From Torpedo marmorata (taxonomy: Eukaryota), in assembly GCA_977017645.1 (NCBI GenBank), contig OZ360252.1, forward strand, positions 14,632,001 to 14,696,000: a stretch of 64,000 bases of DNA, given 5' to 3'. Below, one piece after another: positions 51,805-62,349 of the stretch. Within the stretch, counting starts at the first letter, position 1. Every line of letters begins with the position of its first letter. The notes beneath the pieces were generated by a model. The model did no database searches, was not told the DNA's origin, and saw nothing but the letters and a program-made list of their open reading frames with translations. The position numbers and the translations under genes are program-made.

Positions 51805-54228
51805 CTGTGTGTGTGTGTGTGATAGAGAGAGAGAGAGAAAGCTGGAGCAAATGATTTCTGCTGGAACATACAGGTTTTACATTATTGCATATTTCATTTA
51901 AAAATCTCCAAACTTGATTGATATTATTTCATACAGAGCACGCTTCTCCCAATCTACGTTAGGCAGGTCTTGTGTTATGCTCTTTAAATGAACCTTCCCC
52001 CAAATTAAGAGCTGAAGTTCAGACCCTTTCCACAACTGCCTTGAAACTAACAAGATTATTGGCCCTGCTCCCAGAGTCTATACCCAGACATTTCCCCCCC
52101 TGCTGCTTATTAGTTTGTTTCTTCAGATAACATCTTCGGTAGGATTATGCATTTATTGTCTCAGAAACTTGGCCGCACTTAATAAATTCTATGTCTTCTA
52201 TTTCTCTTGCATTAAGAAAATCCCTGTAAACACTGGGGAAGTTAAAGCACTCACTACTGTAACAATATTGTCCGTAAATCTTCCTGTCATTTGATTGTAG
52301 ATCTGTTTTTCGAACTTCCACTGATTGAGAGGGCTCTGTTAAAAACCCAGCGCAGTGATCGTCCCTGAGTATGTTCAGGCGATCTAAACATGGTATCCTC
52401 TCCACGTACCGTCGATTGACTCGGCTATCCTTATTTTACATCCCCCATCACGTTGAAACTTCGATATTCTGGTCTGGCCTGCCTAATCTATGGCTGCCTT
52501 ATGCAAAAAAGGAACACCTCGCTCACTTGTGATCTCAAGGAATCACAGGTAAACACACTGCCCTGTTGAACTGAATATGAATCGATATCTGGCAGCTCGC
52601 ACTCGGGAATCCCGACTTGCTAACGTGGGAAAGGCTGAATTGAAGTCGCACGGCTGAAAACGCTTGGCGTTGGTCAATAAGATTCGACCCGATAACTTCT
52701 CACAAGATCGTTTTCATTTTCAGAAACCTATCGACGTTAACACTGAGCACTTGGGTAACGCCAATTGAGTAGTCTAGGTGTAGATTCCCAAAGACGGAGA
52801 AGCCATTTGTCAGCCAGAGAGCCCTCTCAATCTGTTTCCTACCTACCTGTACCTTGGCTGAGAGGTCTCTGCTCAGGAAGTCCTGATACAGGCTCTCTAG
52901 AGAAAGCAAACTCAAAAAATTTGCTTCCACAGCTGCTGTTTTGAACGTTGAGTATTTTTCAAGGAGATCTGATTTTAGAACCATAGAATAATGGAAGACT
53001 ACAGCTCGGACACAGGCCCCGCGGCCTATCTAGTCCGTGCGGAATATTACTCTGCCTGGTTACATTGACCTGTACCCGGACCATGGCCCTCCATGCACAT
53101 CCCATCCATGCACCTATCCATTTTTAATTCAATGTCGAAATTGATCCCCCATTCACAACTTCAGCTGCCACCTCGTACCACACTCTCACCAATCTCTGCG
53201 TCATCTGGATCTCAGCATCTGCAGTTACTTCTGTCTTCAACCTTCCCAAATAATATTTCAAAACCTTCTAATATTCCATGAAACAGACATGACATATTTC
53301 ACTTAATTCTAATTTTTGTTTAAATATTTTACCCTTGCAACGTCAAATGATATTCTGCTAAATCCATCGTTTTATTTGATAGGACTTGAAATTGAAAGCA
53401 AAACTCTGCAGATAACGGTATAATGAAAGTGCTGGGAAATCTCAGCATGTCGGACAGCATCTGTGAAAAGAGAACCAGTGTTAAGGTTTCAGTTCGAACA
53501 TTCATCCTCAGGACCGAAAACGAGAAATCACGTTAGTTTTTAAATGGCAACATTGATGGTGAGAGAGGGGTGGGTTCAAAGCAAATGCTGCTGGAGTGTT
53601 TGTGGACACTAAGGTCGGAGTGAAATTGTGCAACACTAGCAGTGGTTTGTAGGAACAAGGGATAAGCAGATGTTATTTGCGTCTTGTTTGAAATGTCCGG
53701 AGAAGAGCTCGCCACAGTGAGATAAGGGATCATCCAAAGTTTGCAAGTGCCTTTTCTATTTAACTGCATCAAGGGCCCCGTTTCTATGACATTACATGTT
53801 TATCTGAACATTGAAGATTTCTGAAATGCTCTTTGTTTTCATAAATTACCAGAAACTGATCTTGTCGAGACACATCAATACAGTGTCGATACAGAAGACA
53901 ATACAGAAGATCATCAAAACGGCCGAGAAGATCACTGGGATCACCCTTTCGCCTATTCACGACATTTACCGGGATCATTTAATAGGGCTCGAGGAATTCG
54001 ATAAAAAGTTCTCCATCCAGCACACAGCATCATTGACCCACTACCATCAGGGAGGATGTACAGGAGCATCAAAATCAGGACTGCCTTGCTGGCAAATAGC
54101 TCCTTCCCGCAAGCTGTGAGATTGATAAACAGAATCCTGTAATGGAGTAAATCATCCCAAAATAGTCATACATATTTATTCTAAATTATATCTGTATGTA
54201 TATGTGCGATTATAATGTACTGTGTATT

Positions 54229-54279
<51 letters not shown>

Positions 54280-56152
54280 CCACCGTGGTTCAGAGAAACG
54301 CTGTTTTATCTTTTCAGATGATAATAAACGTGAACATGACTTGATCTTTAACATAATGGCTCCCTGACATATTTAAATCAACTCTGCAATGTCCTCATTG
54401 ATCATATGGGTCACTTCTGATCACACTCAAGACGATTGAAATCCCCAACGAAAAAGAATCTCATTTCAACCATTCATTTCCAACGCTCTCTCCATTCCTT
54501 CCACCGTCCCATACCGACGTTCGCTCCATGGCCGCTAAACCTGACTGCAGTATGGAGCCTGTACTAATTATATTGCACCAAATCTGCCGGGTGCTAACAA
54601 TAAAGTCCTTATTCAAGCAGAAAGAACCGCAAGCGGATTGGATCAAAGGCACCAGCCGATGCCCCTCAGTCACATGACCCTGACATGCAGATACGACCTT
54701 GTTACTTTATCATCACTGCATAAATCCTGTAAATCTCCCAGTAAAGGAGATCCAAGAAGATTTTTTTTTTCACTGTATTGACACGCGAGACTGCAGATGC
54801 TGGAATCTGAAGCAAACCACAAACTGTTGGACGATCCCGAACTGTCAAGCAGCATCTGGTGGACGGGGGGGGGGGGTTTCAAATTTCCGAGTCGGACCGT
54901 ACATCAGATTAGAAGCTGCTCGACGCCCTGAAATCTTCCAGCAGATGGTTTGTGATTTGCTCCGTACGAACACGGTGCAGATTATTTAATGCCACCGGTT
55001 TTGGACGACAGATTAAAACGGGTGTGAGTTCTGTAACACAAATTGTGATCCCAATATGACAGAAATAATACCGCCAGAAACTTGATGTAATTTCATATCA
55101 GTCGCGGGCAGTCGGACGGTTTTACACCCGGGCGTCCCGGAACGAATTAAGCGGTGGGACCGAAGTAAGAAAAGGTGGATCATTACCTGAGCAGATAACG
55201 CCGGCATCGTAGTCGTGGTAAGGTTCATAAAAACCCCATGATTGCGATGGACAGTCCCGCAGAGCGGTCTCATTCCCGGTGCAGTTTACACTCCACGTCA
55301 CGGCGTCTCCGCTCCCCGGTCCAAAGTGAGAATCGCCCGGGGCTTGCAGCGCGGCGCCGCAGCCCGTCTCCCGACACACCACAGCCGCATCGTCCAGGTC
55401 CCAGTGCTCATCTTCCACAGTTCCCCAGAATCCCTCGTGGTAAACCTCCACTCTCCCTGCGCACGGACTGCCCCCATTCACCAGCCTCAACACGACGCTC
55501 TCTGAAACAAAACAGAAACATCAGCACCGGGATCGCCAGCGGCTCGTTCCGCGTCTCGGCGCACCGCGCTCCCAGCTCACCGCCGTTCACCCATTCAACG
55601 TCCACACATCTTCAACGGAAGGGCCAGTCTGTGGTTACCCCGAATAAACTGCCTAAAGTGGCGAATACATGCAGTCATGTGGTAAATGTCCCAAGTACCA
55701 GGAGTCTCCCGGTGGTTCCAGGGAACAGGGCGGCTCCCAGGACGAGAGGGGCGTGCCCGTTTACCCTCTCCAGAGAGCGGCTGATGGGAGAGTCGTATCG
55801 GAGGCCGGTTGTAGCCAGTTCCCATCTCCATACAGTGGACCCAACACGTGGTGGCGGTATGAACCTATTCTGGGAACTGAACATCAAAGGAGAAAGCTTC
55901 GGAGTGGGTCTTCAGCACGACAAAGGTGGGGTAAACTGTGGGAGCTCATTTACACCCCGGAACAATGTCAACGTGATCAGTTCACGACCCCGCTCCGTTC
56001 AGAAACCTGTTTGATTGTCGCCCGCGTGAATTTCGCGGTCGTCTCTCAGCTGCAAATCTTTACTAACAACCAGTCTCAACAGCCCCACACTAAACACAGT
56101 AAAAATTAAACGCCATTACCTGATCGGTCAGCCAGACAATTCCTGAGGCGGT
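29693..56152 (-). CDS. SRCR group-B type I membrane receptor (CD163/M130-, WC1-, SCART-like): 7 SRCR + TM + Tyr-motif tail; span of defined coding exons
   Basis: 13 AG/GT-bounded phase-1 exons splice into one open frame; first and last exons unresolved. Confidence 0.9.
30270..30380 (-). CDS. SRCR receptor cytoplasmic exon 2 ([18 protein letters not shown]...SRVH)
   Basis: Acceptor ttcattgacttctag, weak donor gtttga, 111 bp open frame. Confidence 0.65.
30565..30762 (-). mobile_element. V-SINE (tRNA-derived head)
   Basis: Revcomp tagcggttagcgc (A box)...ggttcgaatcc (B box)...ggagtttgcacgttctccccgtgtctg (V-domain). Confidence 0.8.
31148..31255 (-). CDS. SRCR receptor cytoplasmic exon 1 ([23 protein letters not shown]...)
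   Basis: Acceptor cctcacgtccacag, donor CAG|gtgtgt, 108 bp. Confidence 0.8.
31383..31493 (-). CDS. SRCR receptor transmembrane exon
   Basis: [37 protein letters not shown]: hydrophobic helix plus basic stop-transfer; donor gtgagt. Confidence 0.88.
31630..31795. mobile_element. Short fold-back Penelope pLTR element
   Basis: tgctggagaaactcagcaggtca ... tgacctgttgagcttctccagca, enclosing a partial hammerhead core. Confidence 0.65.
32989..33024 (-). CDS. SRCR receptor stalk micro-exon ([12 protein letters not shown])
   Basis: 36 bp, atccacag| ... CAG|gtattt, phase 1-1, in frame. Confidence 0.55.
33142..33453 (-). CDS. SRCR domain 7 exon
   Basis: [59 protein letters not shown]; 312 bp. Confidence 0.93.
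33697..34014 (-). CDS. SRCR domain 6 exon
   Basis: [52 protein letters not shown]; 318 bp. Confidence 0.95.
35225..36150 (+). mobile_element. L1-clade LINE 3' fragment
   Basis: ORF 35268-35729 ([15 protein letters not shown]; [11 protein letters not shown]; LEKITY) is an L1 ORF2 C-terminus; G-rich 3' UTR and poly-A at ~36141-36150. Confidence 0.8.
36222..38807 (+). mobile_element. Young Penelope-like retroelement (RT + GIY-YIG) with inverted 5' pLTR and 14-bp TSD
   Basis: ORF 37360-38520: [15 protein letters not shown], linker [26 protein letters not shown]; 36255-36699 is a near-perfect inverted copy of 38366-38808; TSD cttttattcagaag at 36208-36221 and 38808-38821. Confidence 0.97.
38696..38740 (+). 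ncRNA. Minimal type I hammerhead ribozyme motif in Penelope pLTR
   Basis: (t)TGATGA-A-GGGC-TCAA-GCCC-GAAA-CGTC, with short stem I pairing (catact / ggttatg). Confidence 0.7.
39253..39567 (-). CDS. SRCR domain 5 exon
   Basis: [58 protein letters not shown]; 315 bp. Confidence 0.95.
40146..41147 (+). mobile_element. L1/Tx1-clade 3' fragment inside CR1 ORF1 (itself interrupted at ~40357-40540 by a - strand CR1-type tail)
   Basis: [19 protein letters not shown]-like zinc knuckle, LEKIR, aataaa plus A tail; flanking aggaag repeat. Confidence 0.7.
42122..42968 (-). mobile_element. CR1 fragment of another subfamily inserted antisense in the CR1
   Basis: ORFs [13 protein letters not shown] and [21 protein letters not shown]. 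Confidence 0.85.
44642..44752 (-). mobile_element. 111-bp Penelope pLTR mini-insertion with 13-bp TSD
   Basis: TSD taggacatacaca at 44629-44641 and 44753-44765; insert matches 36257-36350. Confidence 0.85.
45780..46360 (-). mobile_element. Penelope-like GIY-YIG/pLTR remnant
   Basis: [21 protein letters not shown]. Confidence 0.7.
47617..47931 (-). CDS. SRCR domain 4 exon (6-Cys variant)
   Basis: [56 protein letters not shown]; 315 bp. Confidence 0.94.
48702..49016 (-). CDS. SRCR domain 3 exon
   Basis: [49 protein letters not shown]; 315 bp. Confidence 0.94.
49683..49988 (-). CDS. SRCR domain 2 exon
   Basis: [53 protein letters not shown]; 306 bp. Confidence 0.94.
51450..51750 (-). mobile_element. 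Penelope pLTR remnant
   Basis: gctggaggaactcagcacgtcac...aacgtttcgggcctgagccc. Confidence 0.7.
51770..51838. repeat. Compound (GT)n/(GA)n microsatellite
   Basis: Direct inspection. Confidence 0.95.
53860..54345 (+). mobile_element. Rex1/Babar-like LINE 3' end containing a (TG)n microsatellite (54232-54277)
   Basis: [12 protein letters not shown], ccactaccatcagggagg (LPSGR-like), tail aataaacgtgaacatgacttga. Confidence 0.65.
55187..55501 (-). CDS. SRCR domain 1 exon (6-Cys variant, CpG-rich)
   Basis: [55 protein letters not shown]; acceptor ttctgttttgtttcag; 315 bp. Confidence 0.95.
56120..56152 (-). CDS. 33-bp micro-exon, probable end of signal peptide ([11 protein letters not shown])
   Basis: tttctcattccag| ... 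CAG|gtaatg, phase 1-1, in frame with SRCR1. Confidence 0.6.
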
Positions 56153-56436
56153 CTGGAATGAGAAATTCACAATTAGATTTGGCTCTCGGCGGCTTGTGGG
56201 ATTCGAATGTGCGAGGGAAGGCTTCATCGGGAGGCCCGACAACAAACTAATAAACTCAAAGGAAAAAGAACCGACAGCAAACTGAGGGTTATGTTCGAAC
56301 ACATCGACGGAGATTCTGCTACAGCAAATAATTTAAGATTCACGCCTGTTTTTCTTTGTTATTGAAACTGTATTCAAGCCTCGGCAACTATTATTTCGCA
56401 TTGTGCCTTCAATAAGAACGAAAATAGATTTCAGAT

Positions 56437-58392
56437 TGGAACGGAAGAACATAAAATTAGTTTATTTTCAGATGATGTATTGATATATATGAAAAAATCT
56501 ACTACATCTTTAGTACAATCGTCTGCTTTATTGAGAGAGTATGGGGAAATATCTGGATAAAAAATTAACTCTGATAAAAGTGAAATTATGGCATTATCAC
56601 AAGGGGATTATAGTAAATGTAAAGAAATTACACAATTTAAATGGGAAAAAGATGGAATTAAATATTTGGGAATAAAGATTGATACAAAATTGGCTAATTT
56701 ATATAAATTAACTTATCTACCATTGTTTATGAAAATTAAAAAAGATTTGGGAAATTGGAAAGATTTACCTATAACTTTAATGGGAAGAGTAAATTGTATT
56801 AAAATGAATTGTTTTCCAAGAATTTAATATCTATTTCAAACAGTTCCTTATAAAATTGCTCAAACATTTTTAAAGATTTAAATTCAATTATGAGGAACTT
56901 TTATGGAATGGAAAGTTGGCAAGGGTAGTTATTGAAAAATTAACTTGGAATTATGAAATGGGTGCTTTACAACTTCCTAATTTTCAAAATTATTATAAAG
57001 CTGCTCAATTAAAATTTATTAATGATTTTTTTGATTTAACTAAATCTTCTGCTTGGATTAGAATAGAATTAATTAATATAGGAGAAGATTCTAAGGAAGA
57101 AGTTATTTATAAATTGGATTCTAAATTAATATCAACAAAAAGGAAAAATTCTCCTATTCTTAAACATCTCTTAGAAATTTGGAGTAAGACGGATAAAGGA
57201 ATAGGAGGAAAAGGAACGATTTCTCCTAAGATGGCTTTATATCAAAATGAACTTATTCCATTTACTATTAATAATCAATTATTTAAAATTTGGTTTCAAA
57301 AAGGAATTAAGAAAATAAATGACTGTTTTGAAGCTGGGAAATGTATTACTTTTCAAAGAATTAAAGATAAATTTGATATTATGGATAATACACTTTTTGC
57401 TTATGATCAAATTAGAGCATTTTTGGTTGAGAAATTAGGTTATAGTTTGATCTTACCAAGACAGAACGAATTAGAACTATGAGTTACTAAAGGGGATGTA
57501 AATAAATTTATTTCACAAATGTATAAATTGTTTCAGAGGAAAACCCTTGAAGTAGGAATTCATAAATCAAGGTTAAAGTGGGAATTAGATTTGAACGTAA
57601 CAATAGATGAAAATCATTGGAAAGAATTATGTAAATTAAGTACAACGAAGATTATTAATGTTAGATATAGATTACTACAATACAATTTTTTCATCAATTA
57701 TATTTAACACCTAAAAAATTTAAGAAATTTAATCTGATATTATCAGGTTTATGTTTTAGATGTAATAAGGAGGAAGGTTCTTTTGTACATCCTACATGGT
57801 TTTGTCCAAAAGTTTATGATTTTTCGTTGAGAGTTAAAAAATTTTTAGATAAAGTATTTAAGATTATATTCCCAATGGACCCTATGTTATTTTTATTTGG
57901 AGATATTAAAAAACATGGTATTTGCGAATTGCTTTAGCTGTTTCAAAGAAATGTATTGCTATTACTTGGAAATCTGATGTAGATTTAGGGTTAGAAATAT
58001 GGCATGCAGAACTTCGTTCATGTATACCACTTGAAAAAAATTACTTACAATTTATGTAATAAGTATAATTTCTTTTTAAAAATTTGGAGCCCATATATGA
58101 AAGTTGTTGGTTTAAGAATTTGAAAATCTCTGGACATCGGATCTACTGGCGAACCTAACATCAATAATAGAATGAGTTTATAGATGAATTTTTAGATTGA
58201 CATTCTCCTTATACTATCTTTTTCCTTTTTTTAAATTTAATTTTATTGTCATAGATTAGTAGGGATGGGAGGGTTAGGGAGTTGGGGTGGGAGGGGGGGG
58301 GGATGAAAATATATCACAAGTATTTTGATAATTTTATAATTTTATCCTATGTATTTTGTGATTTAAATTTTTAAATAAAATATTTTTAAAAA
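56437..58392 (+). mobile_element. 5'-truncated AT-rich L1-clade LINE with 23-bp TSD
   Basis: KISLFSDDVLIY, IKYLGIKI, GRVNCIKMN, LPNFQNYYKA; TSD aagaacgaaaatagatttcagat at 56414-56436 and 58393-58415. Confidence 0.93.
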
Positions 58393-58879
58393 AAGAACGA
58401 AAATAGATTTCAGATCTGTTGACATCAGGGTAAGATTTTCCCCGTGAGTTAGATGTCACGACTGATTGGTTTTCTATCTCCAGGAGACACAAGGGTTGCT
58501 GATAATGAATCTTCTGCTACCACTGTCATGGGACAATTTACTGCGGTAGCGGGTTTTCGGCCCGTGGAGACTATACCAGCCCATTTCGTGGCCGATCAGA
58601 TGAGGGCATCTTCACTCGCCTTTCCCCGTTGATCTGGAAATTTGTTGTAATTCCATTCTATTTATTCCAGTGGAAAGTTCCTGCTACAATCCATGGAGAA
58701 GAACGTTCTCGTTGCCCCCTGCACTGCTCATGATTGTGGCGCTCATTCTGTCTCGAGCTGCGATTCTCATTTGAATTTTAAATTGCACAGGCAAATTTCC
58801 ATATGCCACACACGTTCATTTTAATTTGTCAGCTTCCTGCTGTTGAAATCTCCGGGATCATGAGCAAGATTATATCATG

Positions 58880-59690
58880 GAGAGGTACAGGTCGTTCAGC
58901 TCAACACGCCGATGCGGAACAAGTTGGCAATCTTGGTTGGTGACATTTGCTGCCAATTCTTAAGCCGTTCCGGTGCATATATCTGTCCAAATGTCATGTA
59001 AACATTTCCCGCTTCTACAGACTATTCAGGCAAGGCACGTCGTTCCAGATAAGGACCATCTTCCGAGTACAAAGAGTTACCCCTCGGGTCCCCTTTAAAT
59101 CTCAGTCTGAACCTCTGCCTCCAGTTGTAGATTCGTCTATCCAGGGATACAAAATACTGTGAGCATTCACTTTATTCATGCTCCTCATGAACGTTTGAAC
59201 ATCGGTCAGGTCACCTCAAGCCTCATATGCTCTGTAAAACAATGCCACAGCGTATTTACCCTCTTACTCTGCCTCTTTCCCTCTTGTCCGCCACCTTTCT
59301 CGCGACCCTCCTTTGCACAATTTCCAACTTTTTGATGTCCTTCCTGCAAATGAACGACCAGAACTCTCAAATCTCACAAATATCTTGTGCAGCTGAATCA
59401 TGTGGACACCACTTTTGTACGTGGACACAACACCGATGCCTGCCTAACTTCTCTAGCCGCGGCCCTCCAAACAAAACTACTTCCGAACACCATTCTCGAC
59501 TGTCCCATTCCTCCAAACCAATCTTGAATCCAAAGGACCAGCTCCTCTGGTCCCACGAAATCTAGCCTTCCGGACGAAACTGCAATGCAGGACCTTGTCA
59601 ACGTTCATATATACAACGTCCACTGCCCTGCACTTGTAAGTCTTCGACACATTTTCCAAGAAATCTTCTTTGATCAACAGTACCATGGAC
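58880..59690 (-). mobile_element. CR1 LINE remnants
   Basis: RAVDVVYMNVDKV and ELVLWIQDW fragments. Confidence 0.6.
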
Positions 59691-60519
59691 AAAATTAACT
59701 CCTGATTATTTTTCCACGTCGGATTATCTCAATGTGGAAACTGTGACGTTAAATTGTATTTTTAAATTTGCTTGTGCTGAATCCGTGAATAATATTCAAG
59801 GATTTGGTCAAATGGGTGTATTTCTGCAGCGCGGGCTCGTGGGCAGGAAGGGCCTGTTACCGTGTTGTATCTCTAAATTAATATTCCAAAGTTAACACAT
59901 TGGTTTATTTCTGCCCCGGGTTATCCGGCAACAGTAGGGCTAATTTGCTCGCACTCATGAGTGCTCTTTCAGACTTTGCTCATGTAATAGGTGCTCACTC
60001 GCGAATTTTAATTTTCTTTTATTTGATTAAGTGGGAAATTTTAGTTTTATTTTACAACTTAAAGGCCTTTGTTCACCTTTTTCCTCCTGTCATGTATACT
60101 GATTATATTAGCTCAGAGCGAGTGAACAATAAAATGAGTGAGCAACACACTCTTTATTTTAGAGTCATGTCTCGCTCCAGAATGATATTTACAGGTCAAT
60201 CCCATCCCGACATTGGAGAATATATTTTGTCAGGCGTGCCTCACGATTCTTCAAATATTTCAAGAAAGTTAAAGCAATATTATTCCAGCGCTGCGATTGT
60301 TTAACTTTATAATTTTCTATTTCTATACTTTTAACGATTAAAATTAAACCCGTCAGCCCCTTTACGTCCAGACAGAGCATGGTTATTTCTTTTATTTTCT
60401 GGAGATTTTGTTTTATAAAACCATTTGTTTTGCCTTTCGTTATTTCCCTTCATTAAACCAATCCTCACGCATAAACTCCCCCTTGATACTTTTCGTGATT
60501 CAAATAATCAGTCATTTAT

Positions 60520-61060
60520 GGCAGCCAATTAACCTACCGACGTGAAAGCTATTGGATGTGGGAAGAATGCACGGTACCCGGAGAAACCCACGGGAATAGC
60601 GGGAATACCTTCGATGTTCGCGCAGACAGCGCCGGAGGTTAGAATTGTACCATGGTCACCATAGCTTAACTGAGGTCTCAGGCCCGACACAGTGATTACC
60701 CTTCGCTTGCCGTGGATTCTGCGTGACCTGCTAAGTTCCTCCAGCACTGTTGTGTATTACATTTTCTCCGATAGCTTTACCGGGGCAGCACTAATATAAT
60801 TGAATGGAGGTTTAATGTAAGAGAAATGTTCGTCCCAGAGAGCTGCAGCCTCACAGGGCCAGAGACCCAGGTGTAATCCTGTGGTCAGTTGCTGCTGTCC
60901 GGAGTTTGCACGTGCTCTCTTTGACATCGCTGTTTCCCCCTCACATCACAAGGACGAGCGTGATTCCAGGATAATTGGCCAATGTAAATTGTCCTTCCTG
61001 AGTGAGTGTGTGGCAGAAACAGTTGACCTCTATAATTTTGGAATTAATCGTGAATATGTG
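60520..61060. mobile_element. Two V-SINE remnants (60520-60660 minus; 60830-61060 plus) around a pLTR fragment
   Basis: cacggtacccggagaaacccacg; ggagtttgcacgtgctctc...taattggccaatgtaaattgtcc. Confidence 0.6.
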
Positions 61061-61276
61061 TGACTGCTGCTGGGAGCGGATTCGGTGGGACGACGGTCCT
61101 CTTTGCATGCGCTTTGGTTCCACGACTCTCCACGTCATTCCCCTGCACTCGGTTTTAGTCACTGATGTTTTCATTAAGAAATATCACGTAGTAAATCCGT
61201 CATTTAAGGAGGCGCATGATATAATGGCAAATTGCACAAACGAGATCTACATTCAATTCAAATGATGTAAACTTAC

Positions 61277-61325
61277 AAAAATAATAAAATTGCAATTTGC
61301 ATGGGAATGTTAGTTTGGGAATCAT
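61277..61325 (-). CDS. Candidate leader exon 1 of the SRCR receptor (MIPKLTFPCKLQFYYF)
   Basis: 49 bp ATG exon with a gtaagt donor in phase 1, in frame with the 33-bp exon; only weakly hydrophobic. Confidence 0.3.
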
Positions 61326-61899
61326 TTTGTAAATTGTTCAGGGAGATATGTTTATGTCACTGTTTTCGCATTTGCAAAGCTATTTTCATTAAATAGCTAT
61401 GAAAACACGGTTTTACGATCGAAACGCTTTTAGGATCCAGAGGAAGAAATATACACGGACATAAACAGAGTCAAACACTTTACGCCTCAAAATGACCCGT
61501 CATCTTGACAGCAAAATCGTTACGATTGACAGCGATTGACAAGCCAGAGAACAGCTGAGAATTGCCACCAGTGCTAAACACAGGGCACGGAGCAAGAAGA
61601 AATAAAGTGAAAAAACTCCTGGTAAGTCATCAAATGTGGCCGCACATATTACGGAAAACGTTGGGAAAGGGCAACACGTGTTTGGACAAACGAGCATGCA
61701 GCAGGAAATACCAGAATCCTTCCCTTTCAGACGGTGAGCATTTGCTCTTGATGGGGATTAACAAATATAATTAGATATTTACTGTCCACTTTGAGAAACT
61801 ATGCCATCGACCGAGAAGCGCACTCAATATTCATGTCAAGGAAGGGGACGGAGATTAAGAAACAAGGTCTCATGTGTGCCTTTATTTTAGATTCGAATT

Positions 61900-62260
61900 G
61901 ATAAGATGATGAGAGACATTGACCGTGTGGATGGCCAGAGACATATTCGCAGGGGTGAAATGGCCAATAAGAGGGGGCACAAATTAAAGCTTGGGATAAG
62001 TCCAGGGGGGATTCAAGAGGTAGGTTTTGTCGCGCAGAAACTTCTGGGTGTATTGAATGCGCAATCGGAAAAAGTGCGGGAGGGACGTTCAATAACATAT
62101 TTTAGGAAACTATTAGATAGGTCCATGGAACGGTGAACAATGAAGGGTGATGCAGTCGGAACATTCTCCTCAGCTATTAGATTAGGTTATTAAGTCGACA
62201 TAGCACTGTGAGCTGAAGTGCTTGTACTGTGCTGTAGATTTCTATGATCTATGTTCCATG
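61900..62260 (+). mobile_element. CR1 3' tail fragment
   Basis: MMRDIDRVDG..RGHKLKL; tail tgtgctgtagatttctatgatctatgttcc. Confidence 0.7.
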
Positions 62261-62349
62261 AGAGAAATCTTCAAAAAAGAGAAAAACAACATCTAAAAAC
62301 GCAACAAATTAGGCAGCACTTGAGGAAAGAGACACGAAAAAATTAGTGT

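Noticed and set aside
52145-52405. Additional SRCR exon (DDHCAG)
   Set aside because: No other SRCR motifs or Cys spacing; partly CR1-derived
55238-56014. 258-aa plus-strand ORF
   Set aside because: Antisense shadow of the GC-rich SRCR1 exon
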